DNA from: Gemmatimonadota bacterium
Lineage (GTDB): Bacteria > Latescibacterota > UBA2968 > UBA8231
DNA length: 27,997 nt
NCBI GenBank assembly: GCA_038153405.1
Contig: JAYOYH010000021.1
Coordinates: 45,913-73,909, forward strand
Reading direction: 5' to 3'
The position numbers and the translations under genes are program-made. Positions 25,095 through 27,997 of the stretch are shown here, one piece after another (position 1 is the first letter of the stretch; each line of letters begins with the position of its first letter). The notes under the pieces are model-generated. The model saw nothing but the letters and a program-made list of their open reading frames with translations, made no database searches and was not told where the DNA came from.

Positions 25095-26309
25095 ATGAGT
25101 GCATTGGACGGCCTGCGCGTCGTGGATTTTACCCAAGTTATCTTCGGACCGGCGGCTACGCAGGTGCTAGCCGATCACGGGGCCGAAGTCACTAAAATAG
25201 AGCGTCCGGGGCAGGGTGATTTAGCCCGCGCCTTTGGTCCTTGGCACAACGGTCAGAGCCTGCCCTTTGCCAGCCTCAACCTGAGCAAGCAGAGCCTAGT
25301 GATCGACCTAAAACGGGACGAGGGTTTGCAGGTTGTGCACCGACTACTCGAGGGGGCTGACGTGCTGGTGCATAACTTTCGCTCCGGCAGCGTGATGGAA
25401 AAGCTGGGACTGGACTACGAGGCGCTCAAGGAGCGCTACCCGCGTCTGGTCTATGCCGTTGGGTCGGGCTACGGTTCGAGCGGACCCTACGTCGAGCGCA
25501 ACAAGGGCGGGCACGAGTCCATGGCACAGGCGCTCAGCGGCGCGGCTGCGCGCTTTGTCGGAGCAGCCGGTCCACAGCGATTGCCCTTTACGGTAGCCGA
25601 CTTCACCGGCGGCATGTTATTGGCACAGGCGATATTGCTTGCACTCTTGGCGCGCGCGCGGACCGGTAAGGGTCAGTATGTCGAGACGTCGCTGCTGGAC
25701 GGCATGATGAGCATGCAGGCGTGGAACACGTCCAAGCTGCTCAACGTCGGCGACGACGGCGAGGACGACGGTTCGGGGGGCGCCACGCATCCGCGCGGCA
25801 ATCCGCTCGACGGCGCCGTGTTCCAAACGGCGGACGGCCATCTGATGGTAACGGCGCTCTTTCGCCCTTTTAATGTGCTGATGGCCGATCTGGAAGAGGC
25901 ACTGGGTGCGACCGGATTGGCCTCTGACCCGCGCTTTGCCGATTTGGAGACGGCCAAGGACAACCGCGCCGAGCTGCGTGCGCGCTTGGAGCCCATTTTT
26001 GCGCAGCGGAGCAACGAAGAGTGGATTCCCCTGCTGGAGGCCAAGGATATTCTCGTCGCGCCGGTGCGCTCGACGGCCGAGGCGCTGGCCGATCCCCAGT
26101 TGGCCGCTAACAATATGATAGTGGACGTCGCGCACCCACAGGTGGGGCCGACGCGCCACGTGGGCACGCCCCTGCGCCTGAGCGATACGCCCGCTGTTCA
26201 GGTTCGGCCGGCGCCCTTGATCGGCGAACACAGCGCGCAGGTGCTGCGCGCCATTGGCTATAGCGAAGAGGAAGTGGAGCGGCTAGTTGCCGAAGGCGTT
26301 ATCGCCTGA
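25095..26309 (+). CDS. Family III CoA-transferase (CaiB/BaiF, formyl-CoA transferase-like)
   Basis: GAGGAG RBS. LDGLRVVDFTQVIFGP, LADHGAEV.KIERPG.GD, ADVLVHNFR, SGYG..GPY, catalytic Asp in ADFTGG, RTGKGQ.VE.SL, AP.IGEHS. Confidence 0.93.
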   Translation: MSALDGLRVVDFTQVIFGPAATQVLADHGAEVTKIERPGQGDLARAFGPWHNGQSLPFASLNLSKQSLVIDLKRDEGLQVVHRLLEGADVLVHNFRSGSVMEKLGLDYEALKERYPRLVYAVGSGYGSSGPYVERNKGGHESMAQALSGAAARFVGAAGPQRLPFTVADFTGGMLLAQAILLALLARARTGKGQYVETSLLDGMMSMQAWNTSKLLNVGDDGEDDGSGGATHPRGNPLDGAVFQTADGHLMVTALFRPFNVLMADLEEALGATGLASDPRFADLETAKDNRAELRARLEPIFAQRSNEEWIPLLEAKDILVAPVRSTAEALADPQLAANNMIVDVAHPQVGPTRHVGTPLRLSDTPAVQVRPAPLIGEHSAQVLRAIGYSEEEVERLVAEGVIA

Positions 26310-26310
26310 T

Positions 26311-26343
26311 GGGGTGCGCTGCGCCATGGCGGCGTCCTTTTTT
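26311..26343 (+). terminator. Probable rho-independent terminator after the CoA-transferase
   Basis: Imperfect GC stem (GCGCTGC / GCGGCGT with G-U pairs) followed by TTTTTT. Confidence 0.45.
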
Positions 26344-26486
26344 CACTATATTGTTATACCGTGGCCACGGGGTAACGCGCGCACGGCCGGATCTATAAAC
26401 CCGTTTGGCTGCCACGGTGCATGCGGGAGGAATTGCTGGTGAATCGGCTCCATACGCGCGTAAGGTAAGACATTTAATAGGTTTTG

Positions 26487-27997
26487 ATGGTCAATAAAAT
26501 CGATTTGAGCGGAACGTGGCAGGCCGAAGGTGCGGGAAAGCACTTCCCGCTGGCCATCCCTGGCGATGTGCACAGCGCGCTGCTGGATGCCGGCCACATA
26601 GAGGATCCCTATTGGGGCACCAACGAGCTCGATGTGCAGCACCTGCACGGCGAGGACTGGCTCTTTACGCGCCCCGTTTCCGTCGATGCAGATTTTTTGA
26701 GTGCACCGTCGATCTACCTGCATTTCGATAGCATTGACACAGTGGCAGAGGTTTGCGTCAACGGCGCGGTCGTCGGCCGCAGCGACAATATGTTTGCGCG
26801 CAGTCGCTTTGAGGTGAAAAACCATCTCAGAGAGGGCGACAACGCGCTAGCGGTCCGCATTCGCTCGGCGCAGAACACGGCGTTAGAGCGCGTCGAACAG
26901 ATGCCCTACGAAATTCCCGGCAGCGACTATCCCGTGCAGTCGCCGCATCGCAATCTGGTGCGCAAAGTGCAGTGCCACGCCGGCTGGGACTGGGGCTGTT
27001 GCCTGATGGCGGCTGGCCTCTACGGTGAGGTTTATCTGGGTGCGGCTGCCCCTGGTCGCATCGAACATGTCTATACGCAGCAGCACTTTGACGATGACCT
27101 ATGCGCATTGGACGTGTACGTCGAGGTACTGGCGGCTGAGGCTGGGCCGAGTGAGCTCGTTGTCAGCGTTGACGGGCATTTACAGCGCGTGTCCGTGACC
27201 CTGAACGAAGGGTTGAATATGCTGTGTGAACGCGTCGAGATTGCCGATCCGCAGCGCTGGTGGCCGGCCGGCTATGGCCAACAGCCGCTCTATGAGCTGG
27301 CGATCGAAGTGGCCGGTGATCGGGTAGAAAAGCGCATCGGCCTGCGCGAATTGGCGCTGGTCACCGAAGGGGACGAGCGCGGTTTGAGCTTCACCTTTCG
27401 CGTCAACGGCGTAGATATCTTTGCCAAGGGGGCCAATTGGATTCCCTGTGATGCGCTGCCGGCCCGGCAGACGCGCGCCGCTCTAGATGACCTGCTCAGC
27501 AGCGCCGTCGAGGCGAATATGAATATGATTCGCGTCTGGGGCGGCGGTCAGTACGAGTCGGAGGATTTCTACGATCTGTGCGACGAAAAGGGCCTGCTCG
27601 TGTGGCAGGACTTTATGTTTTCCTGCTCGACCTATCCGGCGACGAAAGATTTTCTCGCCAGCGTCGAAGAGGAAGCGCGATACCAGGTCAAGCGCTTGCG
27701 CGACCACGCCTGTATCGCGCTGTGGTGCGGCAACAACGAGGACCTCGGCGCCCTGAACTGGTTTCCCGCATCGCGGGAGAACCGCGACCGCTACCTAGTC
27801 GACTACGATCGGCTTACCGAGGGCGTGCTGGGGCGCGTAGTCGACGAATGCGATCCAACGCGTGCGTTCTGGCCGTCTTCGCCCTGCGGCGGGCGCGGCG
27901 ACTACTCCGACAACTGGCACGACGATGCGCGCGGCGATATGCACTACTGGCAGGTTTGGCATTCGGGTAAGTCCTTTGACGCCTACTACGACGTCGT
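26487..27997 (+). CDS. GH2 beta-mannosidase-like glycoside hydrolase, 3'-truncated by the window end (absent from the ORF track)
   Basis: Manual translation from ATG 26487: MVNKIDLSGTW...IPGDVHSALLDAGHIEDPYWGTNE, RKVQCHAGWDWG, WWPAGYGQQPLY, IFAKGANWIP, NMNMIRVWGGGQYE, LCDEKGLLVWQDFMF, WCGNNE (acid/base Glu at 27738-27740), PSSP, GDMHYW. Motifs checked at several points are all in the same frame. Confidence 0.93.
   Translation, partial: MVNKIDLSGTWQAEGAGKHFPLAIPGDVHSALLDAGHIEDPYWGTNELDVQHLHGEDWLFTRPVSVDADFLSAPSIYLHFDSIDTVAEVCVNGAVVGRSDNMFARSRFEVKNHLREGDNALAVRIRSAQNTALERVEQMPYEIPGSDYPVQSPHRNLVRKVQCHAGWDWGCCLMAAGLYGEVYLGAAAPGRIEHVYTQQHFDDDLCALDVYVEVLAAEAGPSELVVSVDGHLQRVSVTLNEGLNMLCERVEIADPQRWWPAGYGQQPLYELAIEVAGDRVEKRIGLRELALVTEGDERGLSFTFRVNGVDIFAKGANWIPCDALPARQTRAALDDLLSSAVEANMNMIRVWGGGQYESEDFYDLCDEKGLLVWQDFMFSCSTYPATKDFLASVEEEARYQVKRLRDHACIALWCGNNEDLGALNWFPASRENRDRYLVDYDRLTEGVLGRVVDECDPTRAFWPSSPCGGRGDYSDNWHDDARGDMHYWQVWHSGKSFDAYYDV

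Noticed and set aside
26346..27970. Several short ORFs listed in the track for the last 1.6 kb
   Set aside because: All are explained by the single unlisted GH2 frame starting at 26487, which has no stop within the window.
1..27997. CRISPR arrays, IS/transposases, integrases, tRNA/rRNA, known riboswitches, defence systems
   Set aside because: I saw no regularly spaced repeats, terminal inverted repeats, recombinase/nuclease motifs or RNA-gene signatures; intergenic gaps are short. Short ncRNAs cannot be excluded without a covariance-model search.

Overview
Bacterial, GC-rich (roughly 60% by eye), gene-dense metabolic region. I see no rRNA, tRNA, CRISPR array or mobile element. There are about 22 CDSs in short operons on alternating strands: two GT-C-like membrane glycosyltransferase/TPR genes (one TMTC-like, one truncated by the window edge), a Kef/CPA2 K+ antiporter, a NUDT6/plant-type Nudix hydrolase, two Cys-type sulfatases, three PhyH-family Fe(II)/2OG dioxygenases, an Ldh_2 oxidoreductase plus a D-2-hydroxyacid dehydrogenase, an amidohydrolase, a large alpha/beta-hydrolase, DAHP synthase (aroG), an MFS transporter, a divergent pair made of a PL26/YetA-like lyase and a GH88 unsaturated-uronyl hydrolase, an enolase-superfamily sugar-acid dehydratase, a family III CoA-transferase, and a GH2 beta-mannosidase that runs off the end and is missing from the ORF track. 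The sulfatase/PhyH-rich content suggests a Latescibacterota/Handelsmanbacteria/Poribacteria-like organism (inference only). Best leads: (i) a signal-peptide-less lyase -> GH88 -> dehydratase -> sulfatase/PhyH glycan catabolic neighbourhood; (ii) a small PUA/ASCH-like protein upstream of PhyH+MFS; (iii) a hidden frameshifted DUF4434-like relic at 13578-13802; (iv) a TMTC-like gene with altered conserved motifs; (v) an Ldh_2 variant with an internal deletion. Family assignments are from motif recognition, not database searches.
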